Shown piece by piece: positions 41,868-43,617 of a stretch of 43,617 nt of DNA (within the stretch, counting starts at the first letter, position 1; every line of letters starts with the position of its first letter). The stretch is taken from NCBI GenBank assembly GCA_041661645.1, contig JBAZUA010000001.1, forward strand, positions 1 through 43,617. The letters run 5' to 3'. The notes beneath the pieces were generated by a model. That model did not search any database. It was not told where the DNA came from and saw only the letters and a program-made list of their open reading frames with translations. A program made the translations under genes and the position numbers. Source of the stretch: Minisyncoccota bacterium (GTDB taxonomy: Bacteria; Patescibacteriota; Minisyncoccia; Phycocordibacterales; UBA6065).

Positions 41868-43037
41868 ATGAACCGTATCCTAGTCCTAAACAACGTATCG
41901 AAAAAAGGCCTCGCGCTCTTTGGCGATGCTCATCGGGTGGGTCAAGACACGACCGACCCTGAGGGAATAATAGTGAGAAGCGCCAAGGTGAATACCGACC
42001 AGTATCCACACCTTGTTGCCGTCGCGCGTGCCGGCGCGGGAGTGAACAACGTTAGCGTGGCAAGGGCAACTGAAAAGGGAGTCTGTGTTTTCAACACTCC
42101 GGGGGCGAATGCCAATGCTGTCGCGGAGCTTGTCTTCATCATGTTGGGCAACTTCGCCCGACATGTCGATGAGGCACTCCGCTTCGTGCGAAGCCTTGAT
42201 GGCGACGACCTCTCGATAACAGACAGGGTTGAGGCTGAAAAATCAACCTTCGCGGGCTTTGAGCTCGTCGGAAAAACCCTTGGTGTCATTGGCCTTGGAA
42301 AAATCGGCGTGCTCGTAGCAAACGCCGGCATCAAGCGCAGCATGAGGGTTATTGGCCACGACGCATTTCCGACATTCGGAAACATGCACCAGCTCGACTC
42401 AAGGGTGGAAGTCGTCCGGAAGATGGAAGGATTACTATCCGAAGCGGACGTGCTCAGCGTACATGTCCCGCTTTCCGAAAAGACGAAACACCTCATCGGG
42501 GTAAGTCAGGTCAACTCGATGAAAGACGAGGTCATCCTCATGAACTATGCGAGGGAAGGTATCTATGACGATGCCGCGGTAATTGACGGGCTCCGTGTGG
42601 GCAAGGTCAGGGCATTTATCACGGACTTTCCGACAAGGGCACTGCTCGAAGAGAAGGGAGTTATCTGCACGCCCCATCTGGGGGCAAGCACGGCTGAGTC
42701 TGAGGAAAATTGCGCCGTAATGGCAGCGAAGCAACTCAAAAATTATCTGGAATACGGAGTTGTCACAAACTCAGTCAACTTCCCGACAATCGAGACGTTT
42801 CCAGCCCAAGGAATCCGCGCCCGCCTGGCGATAGTGAACAAGGACATGCCGGGCATGATCGCCGTAATAGCGGGAATGCTTGGCGATGCGGGGATAAATA
42901 TTCAAGCCCTAACCAATGAGAGCGCTGGAGGAATTGGATATAACCTAGTAGACCTCGGGATTGATGTCGGTGACGAGCTGGTTTCAAAAATCAGCGCGGC
43001 CCCGAACATACTCAGGGTGCGCGTGTTGAGGTTCTGA
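41868..43037 (+). CDS. serA: D-3-phosphoglycerate dehydrogenase with C-terminal ACT domain
   Basis: ARAGAGVNN, NTPGANANAVAEL, GVIGLGKIG, MNYAR, TPHLGAST and ACT motif NKDMPGMI. Confidence 0.92.
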   Translation: MNRILVLNNVSKKGLALFGDAHRVGQDTTDPEGIIVRSAKVNTDQYPHLVAVARAGAGVNNVSVARATEKGVCVFNTPGANANAVAELVFIMLGNFARHVDEALRFVRSLDGDDLSITDRVEAEKSTFAGFELVGKTLGVIGLGKIGVLVANAGIKRSMRVIGHDAFPTFGNMHQLDSRVEVVRKMEGLLSEADVLSVHVPLSEKTKHLIGVSQVNSMKDEVILMNYAREGIYDDAAVIDGLRVGKVRAFITDFPTRALLEEKGVICTPHLGASTAESEENCAVMAAKQLKNYLEYGVVTNSVNFPTIETFPAQGIRARLAIVNKDMPGMIAVIAGMLGDAGINIQALTNESAGGIGYNLVDLGIDVGDELVSKISAAPNILRVRVLRF

Positions 43038-43049
43038 CGGTCAAAGTTC

Positions 43050-43118
43050 AAGCCGCGGGGGTAAAACCCTGCGGCTTTTTATTGTAATAAAAAGCCCCGC
43101 GATTTTTAATCGCGGGGC
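43050..43118. terminator. Pair of back-to-back terminators for the convergent serA and pheA genes
   Basis: AAGCCGCGGGG...CCCTGCGGCTT-TTT and AAAA-GCCCCGCGAT...ATCGCGGGGC. Confidence 0.8.
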
Positions 43119-43131
43119 CTGAACCCTGTAA

Positions 43132-43617
43132 TCATCTCGAAACAACCTCGAAAGGCCCGAAAACCAAATGCCTCTCGACATGGCCCTCGAACGCTTTCAT
43201 GGCCCTTTCGAATGCGGGAACCTGACTTCCTCCGACATCAATCTCGATGGCGAAGTTGTAGGTGCAGTTGCCGGCATGAACAGAATGGATCTGAATCAGA
43301 TTCAAACCCTCCGCCTCGAACGATTGCAGGGCCCTGACGAGTGCGCCTGGACTATGTGCCACCTTGAAGACGACAAGCGACCTGTTCCTCGCGCCGACCG
43401 ACACCACATGGAATGTCGGCGCGACGAGAAAGAACGTGGTGATCGCCTCGCTGTCCTCAAACGCCTCATCGAGCACGGTCAAACCATACTTTTCAGAGGC
43501 AGATCTCGGGCCGAGTGCGGCTGAGATACGGTGCTCGTCGCTTTGGGCGACAAGCCTCGCACCCTCGCCATTGCTCGAGACGCCGACGTTTAGCACATTC
43601 ATCACGGACAGACGCGC
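43132..43617 (-). CDS. pheA: Prephenate dehydratase, C-terminal part with ACT domain (5'-partial)
   Basis: AALGPRSASEKYGL, ITTFFLV and ACT motif HSPGALVRALQSF...NLIQIHS. Confidence 0.8.
   Translation of the reverse strand, partial: ARLSVMNVLNVGVSSNGEGARLVAQSDEHRISAALGPRSASEKYGLTVLDEAFEDSEAITTFFLVAPTFHVVSVGARNRSLVVFKVAHSPGALVRALQSFEAEGLNLIQIHSVHAGNCTYNFAIEIDVGGSQVPAFERAMKAFEGHVERHLVFGPFEVVSR

Noticed and set aside
1-43617. Stop-codon reassignment (code 25 as in Gracilibacteria/Absconditabacteria)
   Set aside because: Conserved genes are full-length under code 11, and TGA terminates several of them (ABC exporter, MFS, serA).
1-43617. tRNA or rRNA genes, IS transposases
   Set aside because: No T-arm/cloverleaf signature, rRNA-like stretch or transposase motif was seen.

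Overview
Bacterial chromosomal window. GC-rich core genes, sparse biosynthesis and the style of the small hypothetical proteins suggest Patescibacteria/Parcubacteria (CPR); this assignment is an inference. From left to right: (1) 1-4200, the end of an integrative or prophage-like element. It holds the C-terminus of a GIGTTTP-type adhesin or fibre, two co-oriented tyrosine recombinases, a zinc-finger ORF, a small HTH ORF and four densely base-paired intergenic segments. One segment is a ~155-nt candidate ncRNA with its own promoter and terminator. (2) grpE-dnaK-dnaJ. (3) ABC exporter, ABC-F, NYN, MFS, M16-like peptidase, PurD-like ATP-grasp, EamA, SET protein and a histidine kinase. (4) A low-GC island (~21.7-27.7 kb) with GT8, Gfo/Idh/MocA, GT2, NUDIX, methyltransferase, epimerase and a CMPK2-like kinase, followed by YjjX and ASCH. 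(5) GNAT, histidine phosphatase, hicBA, NUDIX, RhuM-Fic, and an ATP-grasp / GCS2 / gamma-glutamylcyclotransferase / SLOG module. (6) hisS, an RNA methyltransferase, two pseudogene remnants, pepE, a secreted protein, a TrpF-like barrel, serA and partial pheA. The most striking unannotated signal is four promoter > (near-)leaderless upstream peptide > intrinsic terminator > gene units, i.e. ribosome-mediated attenuators. One has five consecutive Ser codons in front of serA. Two others, 16 kb apart and on opposite strands, share the peptide PLCVA encoded by different synonymous codons and have near-identical terminator stems. All calls come from reading the sequence and motifs by eye; no database search or folding program was run.
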